Source: Candidatus Culexmicrobium cathedralense (lineage in GTDB: Archaea > Thermoproteota > Methanomethylicia > Culexarchaeales > Culexmicrobiaceae). Taken from it: a DNA stretch of 64,000 nt. This document shows, piece by piece, positions 1 through 10,606 of the stretch. A program made the position numbers and the translations under genes. The notes beneath the pieces are model-generated. The model saw nothing but the letters and a program-made list of their open reading frames with translations, ran no database searches and was not told where the DNA came from. Positions within the stretch are counted from its first letter, which is position 1. Every line of letters starts with the position of its first letter. Location of the stretch: positions 96,001-160,000 of the forward strand of contig JANZKC010000002.1 of assembly GCA_025061115.1 (NCBI GenBank). The letters run 5' to 3'.

Positions 1-309
1 GGTTGGATAGGCTTTCTACTGACATTCCTAAACATCATGCCAATAGCTCAGCTAGATGGTGGACATATCGCTAGAGCTGTTTTTGGTGCAAAATATCATA
101 GGCTAATCTCATACATTGCAGCTGCAGCCCTCTTTTTGATGGGCTATTACTTCATGGCAATCCTGGCAATCGCAATGCTTGCATATCGCGGCCACCCAGG
201 CCCACTTGACGACGTTTCTCCTCTTAGTAGAAGCAGGAAGATTTTAGGCTTGCTACTTATTCCAAGCATTCTAGTGCTCTCAGCGACGATATGGATCATA
301 CCATTATGA
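1..309 (+). CDS. Site-2 protease (peptidase M50), C-terminal part; 5' truncated by window
   Basis: Frame is open from base 1: GWIGFLLTFLNIMPIAQLDGGH matches the M50 NxxPxxxLDGG motif; hydrophobic C-terminus. Confidence 0.85.
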   Translation, partial: GWIGFLLTFLNIMPIAQLDGGHIARAVFGAKYHRLISYIAAAALFLMGYYFMAILAIAMLAYRGHPGPLDDVSPLSRSRKILGLLLIPSILVLSATIWIIPL

Positions 310-439
310 GCTAGAGGCTTACCAACCTATTTCAGCAAAATGAATTGCCAATGTATTGCTTCAAAACATCGGGACAATTATATGTGAAATTGCCGAAGAA
401 AACATTATAAATCGAAAACTACAATCGTTTTAGCGGGTT

Positions 440-1069
440 TTGTTGAGCTGGCCTTCGAGGAAAAGCCAATTAGCTGAAGAGGCTGTTAAGATCCTATTCA
501 AGAGGGGAGCCATTCTATTTGGCGAATTCACCTTAACTTCAGGCCTCAAAAGCCCATATTACATCGACTTAAGAGTGATTCCCAGCTATCCAGAAGACTT
601 TGATAGAATCTGCACAATGTACGCTGAAATCATCGAAAATGAGTTTGAAAATGTGGATAAAATAGCTGGCGTACCAACTGCAGGAATACCCTTCGCAGCT
701 CTAGTAGCATACAAGCTGAAAAAGCCGCTTATCTACGTGAGAAAGGAAGTTGAGCGAGCGCATGGTAGAGGCAAACTTGTGGAAGGCGTTTTGCATAGGG
801 GAGAACGCGTAGTTCTAATTGACGACGTAGCGACTACCGGTGGAAGCTTAATTTTAACTGCAAAATCCGTCCACTCCTTCGGAGGCAAAGTTGCAGGCGC
901 AGTTGTCCTAGTCGATAGGGAGCAAGGTGCCACCGAGAACTTGAAGAAGGCTGGGGTTGAACTCCACTATCTAATTAGGATCTCTGACGCTCCAAAGATA
1001 CTCCTAAGAAATGGGATGATAGACGAAGAAACGTATGAAAAGATGATGAAAATAGTAAAAAGACGTTAA
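440..1069 (+). CDS. pyrE: Orotate phosphoribosyltransferase
   Basis: [19 protein letters not shown] and PRPP-binding [13 protein letters not shown] motifs. Confidence 0.95.
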   Translation: MLSWPSRKSQLAEEAVKILFKRGAILFGEFTLTSGLKSPYYIDLRVIPSYPEDFDRICTMYAEIIENEFENVDKIAGVPTAGIPFAALVAYKLKKPLIYVRKEVERAHGRGKLVEGVLHRGERVVLIDDVATTGGSLILTAKSVHSFGGKVAGAVVLVDREQGATENLKKAGVELHYLIRISDAPKILLRNGMIDEETYEKMMKIVKRR

Positions 1070-1620
1070 CGCTCATAGAATAAGCCTAACTGCTGCAATT
1101 TCTTATATATTTTGTTAACTGCAACGTATACTTCCTCTTCCTTTTTAGCTCCTGTGCAAACCATCTTGCCAGAGCTAAATAGCAATAGCACTACCTTTGG
1201 CTCACTCATCCTATAGATTAGTCCTGGAAATTGCTCTGGCTCATACATGACGTTTTCCAGTAGGAGCGCTGCCTTCTCAAGGTTAACACCTATCCCCAAA
1301 TTTGCTGATGCAACGATGTTTTGAATAGTAATTTTAGGCTTACCAACTATAACTATACCCTTAGACTTAAGGGTAGAAATTATTTTTTTAACTGCCCTTT
1401 TAACATCCTTCTCAGATTTAGCTCCCGTGCAAACCATCTTGCCAGAACTGAATATCAACGTTGCAGTTTTAGGTCTATTTAACCTAAAAACTAGGCCAGG
1501 AAACTGATCCGGATTGTAATCGACGTTTGGCACACTTCTAGTTATTGCCTCCAAGTCGATGTACTGGTCGAGAACCACGGAGGCTACTACGTTCTCAATT
1601 CTAACAGAGGGCTTGCGCAT
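1066..1620 (-). CDS. tbp: TATA-box binding protein
   Basis: Two direct repeats NV/IVAS...Y(N/E)P(D/E)QFPGL...[12 protein letters not shown]. Confidence 0.98.
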   Translation of the reverse strand: MRKPSVRIENVVASVVLDQYIDLEAITRSVPNVDYNPDQFPGLVFRLNRPKTATLIFSSGKMVCTGAKSEKDVKRAVKKIISTLKSKGIVIVGKPKITIQNIVASANLGIGVNLEKAALLLENVMYEPEQFPGLIYRMSEPKVVLLLFSSGKMVCTGAKKEEEVYVAVNKIYKKLQQLGLFYER

Positions 1621-1680
1621 GGTATCTCCTCCTTCGCTCCATACTGTTTAACTAAGGCTTCCTTAATAATGTTCCTACGC

Positions 1681-2208
1681 TTACTCCTTCATAGCTAAAG
1701 CAATTACAATAGCCAAAATAACGATTATAGCAATAACGGGGATAGTCCATCCTTTAAGTGTTAAGCTTATTAGACCAATATACGGTATTCTCAAAAGAAC
1801 TTTTCCAATCACATTTTCAGCTGAAATCCAAAAAGGATCTGGAGCTTGATTAGCATCACCCTTAGTTCTAAAGAAAACCAATCCATCATTCCTTACCTTC
1901 TTATCGATTATCCTGTGAACCCAAGGCATACCTCTCCAGTAAGGTGAGGGAGGCTTAAAGACTATTATGTCCCCCACCTGCAACGACTCTGGATTCACTC
2001 CCCGAACTATAAGGATGTCCCCAACATTCAACGTTGGAATCATGCTTCCAGAAGCGACAACAACAAATGGCGTTTCAACTTGTAAAATGTATTTGGCTCC
2101 CAGCTGTATTCCCTGGGTTGCAGCAAATGCCAATATCAGCATCAATAGGTAGTTGAGGAATTCCTTGACAACTTTTCTTTCTCCACTGCTCTTGCTCACG
2201 CTGCTCAC
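1681..2208 (-). CDS. Signal peptidase I (archaeal Sec11 type)
   Basis: VVASGSMIPTLNVGD, VHRI and TKGDAN motifs; TM helices at both ends. Confidence 0.95.
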   Translation of the reverse strand: MSSVSKSSGERKVVKEFLNYLLMLILAFAATQGIQLGAKYILQVETPFVVVASGSMIPTLNVGDILIVRGVNPESLQVGDIIVFKPPSPYWRGMPWVHRIIDKKVRNDGLVFFRTKGDANQAPDPFWISAENVIGKVLLRIPYIGLISLTLKGWTIPVIAIIVILAIVIALAMKE

Positions 2209-2264
2209 GCTCGAAGACCAATATAACTTTTAAGTTTAAAATTTTACTCTTACTTGCGGAACTC

Positions 2265-2951
2265 ATGGATCCCGGTCAGCTAGCTAAAATGATAGATTTA
2301 ACTTTGCTTAAGCCAACAGCTACAGCTGAAGAAGTTAAAATGTTGTGTAAAGAAGCCAGAAAGTACGGTTTCATCTGCGTCGTAGTTCACAGCCACTATG
2401 TCCCATTAGCATGCAAATTACTTCAAGGAACCGAAATTAAAGTTGGGACTGTAGTAGGTTTTCCCTTCGGCGCAAATTTATCTGAAGTTAAAGCTTATGA
2501 AGCGAGAAGAGCTGTAGAGCTTGGCGCTTCTGAAATCGACATTGTCATCAACCCGGGTGCTCTTAAATCTAAAGATTTAGCTACCCTTGAATATGATATT
2601 AAAAGTGTAGTTGAGGAAGTTAAGAGTGTTAGAAGTGATGCCATAGTGAGGGTCATAATTGAAACTTGCTACCTTTCTGATGAGGAAAAGGTTGAAGCGT
2701 GCAGAGCAGTTGTTAATGGTGGAGCAGATTTCGTGAAAACTTCAACAGGATTTGGGAGCGGGGAAGCAACAGTTCGTGATGCGAGGCTAATTAGAAGCGT
2801 TGTTAGGCCGAAATTTGGAGTTAAAGCTACAGGCGGCATAAGGAATCTTGAAATTGCTCTTGCAATGATTGAGGCTTGCGTAAATAGAATAAGTGCAAGT
2901 GCTGGTGGTAAAATAGTTGGGGAGCTTATTGATAGGTCAGCGCTTACTTAA
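2265..2951 (+). CDS. deoC: Deoxyribose-phosphate aldolase (somewhat divergent)
   Basis: IDLTLLKP, TVVGFPFG, EIDIVIN, DFVKTSTGF and VKATGGIR motifs. Confidence 0.9.
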   Translation: MDPGQLAKMIDLTLLKPTATAEEVKMLCKEARKYGFICVVVHSHYVPLACKLLQGTEIKVGTVVGFPFGANLSEVKAYEARRAVELGASEIDIVINPGALKSKDLATLEYDIKSVVEEVKSVRSDAIVRVIIETCYLSDEEKVEACRAVVNGGADFVKTSTGFGSGEATVRDARLIRSVVRPKFGVKATGGIRNLEIALAMIEACVNRISASAGGKIVGELIDRSALT

Positions 2952-5765
2952 AGTTCTCCACCGCAGGATGATCGATCTCACAAGGCTTGCAGTGTCATGA
3001 GCGTGCTTTTCAGGGTTTTCTCCATAGCTTTTCACTATCAATTTCAATTTAATTTCGCCTTTTTCATCTCTTTCAACTATGAATTGATTTGCTGAACTTG
3101 AAGCCCCCATGGTTCCCCTCCCCACGGAGTACCTGAACCTGATCGTGTTATCCTTGAACTTCACTCCCTCAACACCAAGCCAGCTCTTTAGCTTGTTGAA
3201 TACGAATTGCAGCATTTCATTGACTTCACTCTCATCAATCTTCACTGGTATAATGAATATCCAAGGCTCTCCATATCGCTTTGGCGCGATGTCCGCCTTC
3301 CACTTCATTAGCCTCGATGGAGTAACTATGACTGAAGATTTCAATGCAGGTATTGCACCTGCAATAGACGTGATTACTGCAATGCTAATTGTAGCTGTAG
3401 TCCAGCTAGCTGAAACCTTCGGATACACTTCTATTAGCATGTTTAGGAAATTGGCAATCCTGTAAAATGCGAGGCCCAGCAGGTATCCTAAGCCCCCAGC
3501 GACCACTCCTATTATTGACGCCTCAGCCGTAAATAGCATCGTTATGTGACTTGGATTTAAACCTAAAGCCGAGAGTGTAGCTACCTCTCTTCGCCTTTCA
3601 TAAACTGAAGATAACATTACTAAAGACACGTTTAAAACTGATATTGCTAGAGTTATCATGGCTTCCAGCCCTTTAACTTCGAGGTACGATCCATAAATGA
3701 ACTCCATGACTTGGCTATGCGCATAGGCCTTCGCCCGGTAATCCCCGGCTAGAGCTATCCTCTTTGCAATTGCTACTGCCTTATCATCATCCTCAATTTT
3801 CGCCGCCAATCTTACAGGTAGAGCCCCAAGCTTAGTTGCATCGCCCCACCACACGAAAATAATTTCACCTGCTTCGCAAGGAACTATTTCGATCGTCGGC
3901 TCCTCTTCTCCAACTATTTGCATTTTAAGCGGAGTGAGCTGTCTATCGTCAAAGTCTATGATTGATAAGGCGTCATCTGACACTATTCCCACCACAATTG
4001 CCTCGAGGTTGATGTTTGGCATGATGATTGTGCTGTTAATGTCTGCCTCCAAAGTGGAAGCCATGCTTTGAGTTAAAACAACTTCGCCAGAGGCCTCGAC
4101 GATTCTACCTCTAATTATCTTGGACTTGATCCTTGCAAATATTGGATCTCGACTATCTGAAAATGCCAACACTCCAAAGATGGGGGATCTCTGCTGGGCT
4201 TCAAGTGGATTTACAGCGTAATCTATGGGCTTTAGCTGAGGAGCGTTCATGTACTTAATTGAGATCCACTGCGCCTTTTCCCTTAAAGCAAACTTATCAA
4301 CGAAGTTCTGCTCCAGGGGTATGAATCGGTGAATTGAAATTGGAGGCAGAATCTTATCTACAACAATTCCAGTGAACCTTTCATCAGTGCGGTAAGCCTT
4401 CGCGGATAAGCCTTCCTCAATTGATATTGAGGTTAAAGCTACAAATCCCCCAGTAAGTACTAGAACTGATATTAAGGTAAGTAGAGTTCTCAGCTTTCTC
4501 CTCTTCAAATTTCTCTTAGCTATTGAGAATATCGAGACCAGCGCGCTCCAAAATGCGAGCTCCCCAGGCTCCTCCTTGATTTTCTGAGGTATTAATGTTA
4601 ATGCACTTGCAATCAACAGGGATCCTGCGCTCCACATGAGCAGCGAGCTTACATCTACAAGTCTACAGCCAGGGTAGAGCTCGTAGAACAAGTATATTGC
4701 TGCAGCATAGGCAATTGCAGCTGCAGAAATCTTGTAAAACCTTTTTTCAAATAATAGCTCTCCAATGGCAACTGAGGTTAGCGCTATAAGGACTGCAATG
4801 GATATAGATGAACTCACAGCCTCAGCAAATAATCCATTTACACCTGAAATCACGGAAGTTATCATGGCGTAAGCTTCTCTTAAGTCAACATAGCACGCAT
4901 CATACGCCTCAGCAGCCAGCTTTTCCTTTGAAGCTGCTATAAGCTCTTCTGCTCTGCTAATTTTAAGCCTATAAATTGCCATATAAAACCCACGTTCTTC
5001 AGCCTCTTCTACGGCTTTTATCGCCTTTTGAAGTATGAGCCTGACTTCACCCACGCTGAATTTGAGGGAAGCAGCCGGCAGGCTTAACGTCAATTCTTCA
5101 CCTTTTCTCAAAATTACGCTTTTCTCTGTTAAATTGAATTTTTTAGTTACCATTTCACGATCAACTATGAATGTTGCTTCTACAGTTACCATCACATTCA
5201 AGTTGGCGGGAACAATAATCGCATTCTTTGGCAGTCCAAGCGTTATCGCCTCCGTGAATGGAGCCCCAAATGTGCTTAAAATTTCGCCATCCCCATTCCA
5301 AGCAAATCCTTCCACCTCGTACGTTACGTACTTGGCTGGCTCAGCTGAGTCAGCTACCAATGCTTCACCTTCAAGAAGTATCGAAGCCCCTTCAATTAAG
5401 GTCAAATTTACATCGACATCTTTTTCGACTTCCACGTCGAGGTATGATATGGCATAGTCAAATCCTGGCGTCGAATTATAGTCGAGGACCGCATATATCC
5501 TGTAGCTGCCCTTTGAAACCTGAACTTCAAACGAACCATCAATGGACGTTTCAGTTTCAACATTTAACTTCCAGCTATTTGGTTTAATTTGCTTGAATAC
5601 GTATATTTTGACGTTGGGCAGTGGATTTCCATCTACATTGCGAACATGACCCCTCAATACATGTTGCTCCTCTCCTAAAACTTGAATTTGAGTAAGGAAG
5701 AGCATGACAGCTATTGAGAGGATTACCAGATTCTTCCAGCTTGCATTCATTTTACTTGTCTTCAC
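2937..5765 (-). CDS. Large FtsX/MacB-like ABC permease with N-terminal signal peptide and carboxypeptidase-regulatory-like domain
   Basis: GHVRNVDGNPLPNVKI beta-sandwich start; RNLKRRKLRTLLT and VYERRREVATLSALG are MacB/FtsX-family motifs; multiple TM segments. Confidence 0.8.
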   Translation of the reverse strand: MKTSKMNASWKNLVILSIAVMLFLTQIQVLGEEQHVLRGHVRNVDGNPLPNVKIYVFKQIKPNSWKLNVETETSIDGSFEVQVSKGSYRIYAVLDYNSTPGFDYAISYLDVEVEKDVDVNLTLIEGASILLEGEALVADSAEPAKYVTYEVEGFAWNGDGEILSTFGAPFTEAITLGLPKNAIIVPANLNVMVTVEATFIVDREMVTKKFNLTEKSVILRKGEELTLSLPAASLKFSVGEVRLILQKAIKAVEEAEERGFYMAIYRLKISRAEELIAASKEKLAAEAYDACYVDLREAYAMITSVISGVNGLFAEAVSSSISIAVLIALTSVAIGELLFEKRFYKISAAAIAYAAAIYLFYELYPGCRLVDVSSLLMWSAGSLLIASALTLIPQKIKEEPGELAFWSALVSIFSIAKRNLKRRKLRTLLTLISVLVLTGGFVALTSISIEEGLSAKAYRTDERFTGIVVDKILPPISIHRFIPLEQNFVDKFALREKAQWISIKYMNAPQLKPIDYAVNPLEAQQRSPIFGVLAFSDSRDPIFARIKSKIIRGRIVEASGEVVLTQSMASTLEADINSTIIMPNINLEAIVVGIVSDDALSIIDFDDRQLTPLKMQIVGEEEPTIEIVPCEAGEIIFVWWGDATKLGALPVRLAAKIEDDDKAVAIAKRIALAGDYRAKAYAHSQVMEFIYGSYLEVKGLEAMITLAISVLNVSLVMLSSVYERRREVATLSALGLNPSHITMLFTAEASIIGVVAGGLGYLLGLAFYRIANFLNMLIEVYPKVSASWTTATISIAVITSIAGAIPALKSSVIVTPSRLMKWKADIAPKRYGEPWIFIIPVKIDESEVNEMLQFVFNKLKSWLGVEGVKFKDNTIRFRYSVGRGTMGASSSANQFIVERDEKGEIKLKLIVKSYGENPEKHAHDTASLVRSIILRWRTLSKR

Positions 5766-5783
5766 GTCTAATTATCGCCTCTT

Positions 5784-6857
5784 TCACGTTCTTGATAGGA
5801 GCTTACGCCAATTTAGAGTGCTCAGCTTTATAATTAATTCAGCTATGAGCTTAGCTGCATTTTCAATATCGCTTAGTGATGCCACTTCCCCCGGCGAATG
5901 CATATACCTTAATGGTATGGATATAAGAGAAGTTGCAACGCCTTCTCTAGACACTTGAATTACCCATGCATCTGTTCCACTGCTGCCTGGTATAGGCTCC
6001 CTTTGATATGGAATGCCCTTTTCAGCGCATATTTCCTCAGCTAATTTCCAAAGTGCAGGGTGGAAGTTTGGTCCAATTCCAATTGCCGGACCTTTGCCCA
6101 ATTCTATTCCAGAAACTAGCTTCTTATCAACATTATATGCTGATGCGTGAGTTACATCTATTGCAATCCCTACATGAGGCTTTATCTTGTAAGTTGCAGT
6201 GATTGCCCCTCTTAACCCTACCTCTTCTTGGCATGTAGCTACCGCATAAACTGTTGCTGGAAGCTTCTCCTTCCCTAAAAGCTCCATTGCCTTAATTATT
6301 GCTGCCACACCAGCCTTATCATCAAGTCCAACTGAAATCACTCTATCCTTGTTGCCCATTTCCCTTAAGGCCAGTATTGGGGTTACAACTGTGCCAGGCT
6401 TAATTCCGAGCTTCAAAACTTCCTCCTTGCTTGCCGCGCCGATGTCAATGGCCATATCCTCGACTTTCACAACTTTCTCTCGTTCATCCGGCTTAGTTAG
6501 ATGAGCTGGCTTAGCTCCAATTACGCCAAACAATTTACCCTTTTCTCCGTGCACCAATACCTGAAGCCCATACAATACCCTTTGATCAAATCCTCTCGCT
6601 TTAAATCTGAGGTAGCCATCATCATCTATGTACGTAACCATCAGCCCGACTTGGTCCATGTGTGCTGCTACCATTATCTTAGGATTGTCCTCCCCCTCTC
6701 TTAGCCCTATCACATTCCCCATAATGTCGACTTCAACTTGAAGATTCAACTTTCTAAATTCCTCAATTATAATCCTTCTGACTTCATCTTCAAATCCGGG
6801 AACGCTCGGCACTTCAACAAGTCGCTTTAAGACATCCCTAACCTCCACGCCTCTCAC
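5784..6857 (-). CDS. M42 family (TET) aminopeptidase
   Basis: AAHMDQVG, LDDKAG, QEEVGLRGA, GTDA and RYMHSP motifs. Confidence 0.93.
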   Translation of the reverse strand: MRGVEVRDVLKRLVEVPSVPGFEDEVRRIIIEEFRKLNLQVEVDIMGNVIGLREGEDNPKIMVAAHMDQVGLMVTYIDDDGYLRFKARGFDQRVLYGLQVLVHGEKGKLFGVIGAKPAHLTKPDEREKVVKVEDMAIDIGAASKEEVLKLGIKPGTVVTPILALREMGNKDRVISVGLDDKAGVAAIIKAMELLGKEKLPATVYAVATCQEEVGLRGAITATYKIKPHVGIAIDVTHASAYNVDKKLVSGIELGKGPAIGIGPNFHPALWKLAEEICAEKGIPYQREPIPGSSGTDAWVIQVSREGVATSLISIPLRYMHSPGEVASLSDIENAAKLIAELIIKLSTLNWRKLLSRT

Positions 6858-6914
6858 TCCCAGCTACTAGCTTAATTTTATTGTGTAATTTTTAAGTATA
6901 TTTTCTACCCTACT

Positions 6915-8138
6915 TTGCTTGGAGGGGTGAATTTGCCGCTTAAAATGTCTGAAAGGCTGGCTCCACTTTCTTACGCCATTAGAGATCTAGTTCCAATAGC
7001 AAATGAGATTGAGAGAATGGGTGGGCAGGTCATTAGGCTCAACATTGGAGATCCGTTGAAATTCGACTTCGACACTCCTCAACACATTAAAGATGCGCTG
7101 TGCGAAGCCATTAACAGTAAGTGGAACTTTTATTCTCCATCAGTAGGCGACGATGAGCTTAGAGCTGCTATTGCTGAGAAGGAGAAGAAGTATAATGGAG
7201 TTGAAGTGGATCCTAAAAACGTAATAGTCACAACTGGCGTTTCAGAAGCAATAAACTTCATAGCTGCAGCTTTTCTCGACCCTGGCGATGAAGCGCTCAT
7301 ACCAGGCCCAGCATATGCTCCATACATGAATTTCATTCAACTTTACGGCGGCAAGCCCATCCATTACAAGTGCATTGAGGAGGAAGGGTGGAAGCCCGAT
7401 TTAGATGATATTAGAAGAAAAGTTACGGAGAGGACAAGATTCATCTTAATCATTAACCCGAACAACCCTACTGGAGCAGTTTATGATGAAAAAGTGGTTG
7501 AAGGAATCCTAAACATAGCTGCTGAACATGAAATACCAGTTGTTTCCGATGAAATTTACGACAGAATCACATATGATGATGCCAATTTTAAGAGCACTGC
7601 AGCTATAAGCCGGGATGTTCCAGTAGTAGGATTAAATGGCTTTTCCAAGGTTTACTTGATGACTGGCTGGAGGCTAGGCTACATTTACGTTAAAGATCCA
7701 ACGGAGAAGTACTTGGATAAAATAATGGGTCACCTGGTCAAACTAGCTAGAGCAAGATTGTGCGCATGCACCCCAGTTATGAGAGCAGGCATAGCCGCCC
7801 TTAGGGGCCCGCAAGATCACGTGAATGAAATGGTGAGTAAATTAAAAGTTAGAAGGGACTACTGCTGCAAGAGAATAAGTGAAATTCCAGGTTTAAGCGT
7901 TGTAAAGCCAATGGGCGCATTTTACCTGTTCCCCAAAGTCCAGTTGGGGAATGCCTTCAAGAGCGACAAGGACTTCGCCTTGAAGCTGCTCCATGAAGAG
8001 AAGGTTTTAATCGTTCATGGTTCAGGGTTTGGAGCTGGAGGCGAAAGCCACTTCAGAAGCATCTACCTTCCGCCGATCAACGTACTTGAAGAGGCTTTCA
8101 ACAGAATTGAAAAATTCTGCAAAAAGTACTTGGCCTAA
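6915..8138 (+). CDS. Class I/II PLP aminotransferase (alanine aminotransferase-like)
   Basis: LNIGDP, INPNNPTG, SDEIY and SKVYLMTGWRLG motifs. Confidence 0.9.
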   Translation: MLGGVNLPLKMSERLAPLSYAIRDLVPIANEIERMGGQVIRLNIGDPLKFDFDTPQHIKDALCEAINSKWNFYSPSVGDDELRAAIAEKEKKYNGVEVDPKNVIVTTGVSEAINFIAAAFLDPGDEALIPGPAYAPYMNFIQLYGGKPIHYKCIEEEGWKPDLDDIRRKVTERTRFILIINPNNPTGAVYDEKVVEGILNIAAEHEIPVVSDEIYDRITYDDANFKSTAAISRDVPVVGLNGFSKVYLMTGWRLGYIYVKDPTEKYLDKIMGHLVKLARARLCACTPVMRAGIAALRGPQDHVNEMVSKLKVRRDYCCKRISEIPGLSVVKPMGAFYLFPKVQLGNAFKSDKDFALKLLHEEKVLIVHGSGFGAGGESHFRSIYLPPINVLEEAFNRIEKFCKKYLA

Positions 8139-8812
8139 ACTTTTCTCCTCATTTTAAGTAATGACTTAGCATTTTTTAATGCTAATTTTATGTGAAGCTT
8201 AGCGTCACTTAACACTAGCTCCCCATGACCTGGCAATAGCACATTCACATTTAAGCGCGAAATCCTGTTAAGGCTTCTAATAAGCTCCTGCAAATTTCCA
8301 GTCGGCAAATCTGTCCTTCCAAAACCACCACTTGCAAATACTAGGTCCCCGCTAAACAGGATGTTTTTTAACAAGTAGCACGTACTTCCAGCCGTATGCC
8401 CAGGAGTATGTATCGCGTCTATGACTTCTTCACCTACATTGATAGTGCATTTTTCTCCCATCTTCACTACAAGGCTTCTACTCACTTTAAGCCTATTTAT
8501 CACTATATCCGCGTCAGCTCTATGCACATATATTTGCGGCTCAACTTGATTGAGAATTTGCTTTAATCCATTCGTGTGATCTTTATGCCTATGCGTTATC
8601 AGAACCTTGCTGATATCCTCAATTTTTATGTTAAATTTTTCCAAGGAAGCCACCAAGTTAGAGTGGGGAGGGCCGAATCCAGCATCTATAAGCACAGCAC
8701 CGCTTTCATTCTCAATTATGTATATGTTCGAGCTTATCCCATAGCTTATGACGGCGTGAATCTTCAACGAATCCACTTCACCTATTGTAATATGCGCTTG
8801 CATTCCATGCAC
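8135..8812 (-). CDS. MBL-fold metallo-hydrolase (glyoxalase II-like)
   Basis: THRHKDH, HTPGHT, FSGD and PGHG motifs. Confidence 0.9.
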   Translation of the reverse strand: MHGMQAHITIGEVDSLKIHAVISYGISSNIYIIENESGAVLIDAGFGPPHSNLVASLEKFNIKIEDISKVLITHRHKDHTNGLKQILNQVEPQIYVHRADADIVINRLKVSRSLVVKMGEKCTINVGEEVIDAIHTPGHTAGSTCYLLKNILFSGDLVFASGGFGRTDLPTGNLQELIRSLNRISRLNVNVLLPGHGELVLSDAKLHIKLALKNAKSLLKMRRKV

Positions 8813-9108
8813 CCATCATTTTTCTCTAACAATAAATTAAAGGATTATATAATTTTAAATTTGACCAAAGAATTTACATTTTGCTCTTCAAAATATCAAG
8901 AGCGCCGAAGGCGCTTCTTATACTGGTTATTTAAGGAGGCAATAAGGCATTTGCTGCAAATGTGAGAGCTTTAATTCAAGAGCTAAGCCGACGAAATAAA
9001 ATAAAAATAAGCTCAACAAACTAGAAAAATACATAAATTTCTATTATTAATGCATAATACTGCTAAAATTAAAGATTAAAATGTAATCCAATTATATTAA
9101 ACTTTAAA

Positions 9109-10317
9109 TCAATCATCCTCTTCATAGATTCTTCGAATAAAAATGCACACTATCACCAGAATTGCTGCCTGCACCACCTGCATTATGCTCCAAGTCTCAA
9201 ACAAACCCGCATAACCATTAACGTCGATCATAAATCCCGCCGTGAAATTGAATAAGAAGGCGCCTGCCGACCCAACTGCATTAATTAGTCCAGCTACAAA
9301 AGAAGAATACTTTTCACCAGATATTTCAACCGGCATTGCGGAAGTTATCTGAGATTGAGATCCATACATAGATATGCTTATGGCTATCAAATACATCAAT
9401 CCAACGGCCTTTTCAGCCTCATACCTGTATGGAAAATCATAAAGCAATATCGCCGTGAGCAACGCCAAAAACAATAGAAGCAGCACCTTAAGCTTCCCAC
9501 CCACCCTATCTGATAGCCAACCTACAATTATCATTCCAATGCTTCCCGCAAGCGGAAGGGCTAGGGAAATTAACGTTGACGTAAGGGCCGAATCCTCCAA
9601 AGAGAAAAAGTATGAGGGTAAATACGTTATCAATCCGTACCTAATACCATCAGATATGAAGAATGCTAAAGCTAAAAGGACAATAACCTTAATTTCCAAT
9701 TTGCCAAGCCCTCCAGCACGCTCATTAACTGAAATGCTACTCCCCCCAAATCTTTCACTCTCAACGGCAACTTCAGGTACAAGTTTCACAGAAGTTAAAG
9801 CTAAAAGCATGAAGAGAATGCCATTAACTATGAAGCTGCATCTCCAACCAAAATACTGCACGATAAAGCCCGTAAATAGCCATGAAGCTGCATGCCCAAG
9901 TGTCCAACTTGTATTTAGCAACCCAAATCTCTTCCCCAAATCTCCCCTCCTGACATCAACAGACACGATCTTAACCGTGGCCGGCCAACCAATCGACTGA
10001 AAATATCCATTTATCACCCATAAAGCTAGCAACAAACTGGGATTGCCACCTAATCCAAACAATATTGTTGAAATGCTTGAACCCAATATTCCAATGTAAA
10101 GCATACTTTTAGCGTTCCACTTAATATTCAAGTAGCCATTAACCACCTGCCCAATGGCATACGTTATGAAAAAACCCGATGCAATAACACCCAAATATGA
10201 ACTTCCAATTCCCAGTTCACCACTAATGAGAGGCATGGCAATTGGGAAATTAACCCTACACAGGTAAAATGATGAATATATAACCCACGTTAAGATCAGG
10301 ATTTTAAATTTAAGCAT
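9109..10317 (-). CDS. MFS transporter, GlpT/UhpT (organophosphate:Pi antiporter)-like
   Basis: YSSFYLCRVNF, NGYFQSIGWP and GWLSDR motifs; about 12 TM segments. Confidence 0.8.
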   Translation of the reverse strand: MLKFKILILTWVIYSSFYLCRVNFPIAMPLISGELGIGSSYLGVIASGFFITYAIGQVVNGYLNIKWNAKSMLYIGILGSSISTILFGLGGNPSLLLALWVINGYFQSIGWPATVKIVSVDVRRGDLGKRFGLLNTSWTLGHAASWLFTGFIVQYFGWRCSFIVNGILFMLLALTSVKLVPEVAVESERFGGSSISVNERAGGLGKLEIKVIVLLALAFFISDGIRYGLITYLPSYFFSLEDSALTSTLISLALPLAGSIGMIIVGWLSDRVGGKLKVLLLLFLALLTAILLYDFPYRYEAEKAVGLMYLIAISISMYGSQSQITSAMPVEISGEKYSSFVAGLINAVGSAGAFLFNFTAGFMIDVNGYAGLFETWSIMQVVQAAILVIVCIFIRRIYEEDD

Positions 10318-10606
10318 CGACGTGCCTCCAACCCACGCAGCATCCTCATGAATTCAATGTCTTTCATCAATAATCTTAATATTATCCTTTTGTCATGCAG
10401 GCAAAACTACAGGAAATTGCAACATATAATATTTGGCAAGCTGCTTAGCTTCAAAATCAAGGACAAAAACGAATCCACATGCCATCTAATGGCTGGAGTA
10501 TATAAAAATTTTAATATTTAACAATGGAAATACTACTTGGTAATTCGATGGATTATACTTTAAACACAATTAGTTTACACCCTTAATTTTAAAGGAGGAA
10601 GCGAAG

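Noticed and set aside
3109-5587. Antisense ORFs within the FtsX-like permease, and similar shadow ORFs throughout (e.g. 9455-10000, 21686-22175, 33203-33637, 42243-42710)
   Set aside because: They lie fully opposite or inside well-supported genes, have Ser/Pro/Leu-rich shadow composition and show no motifs
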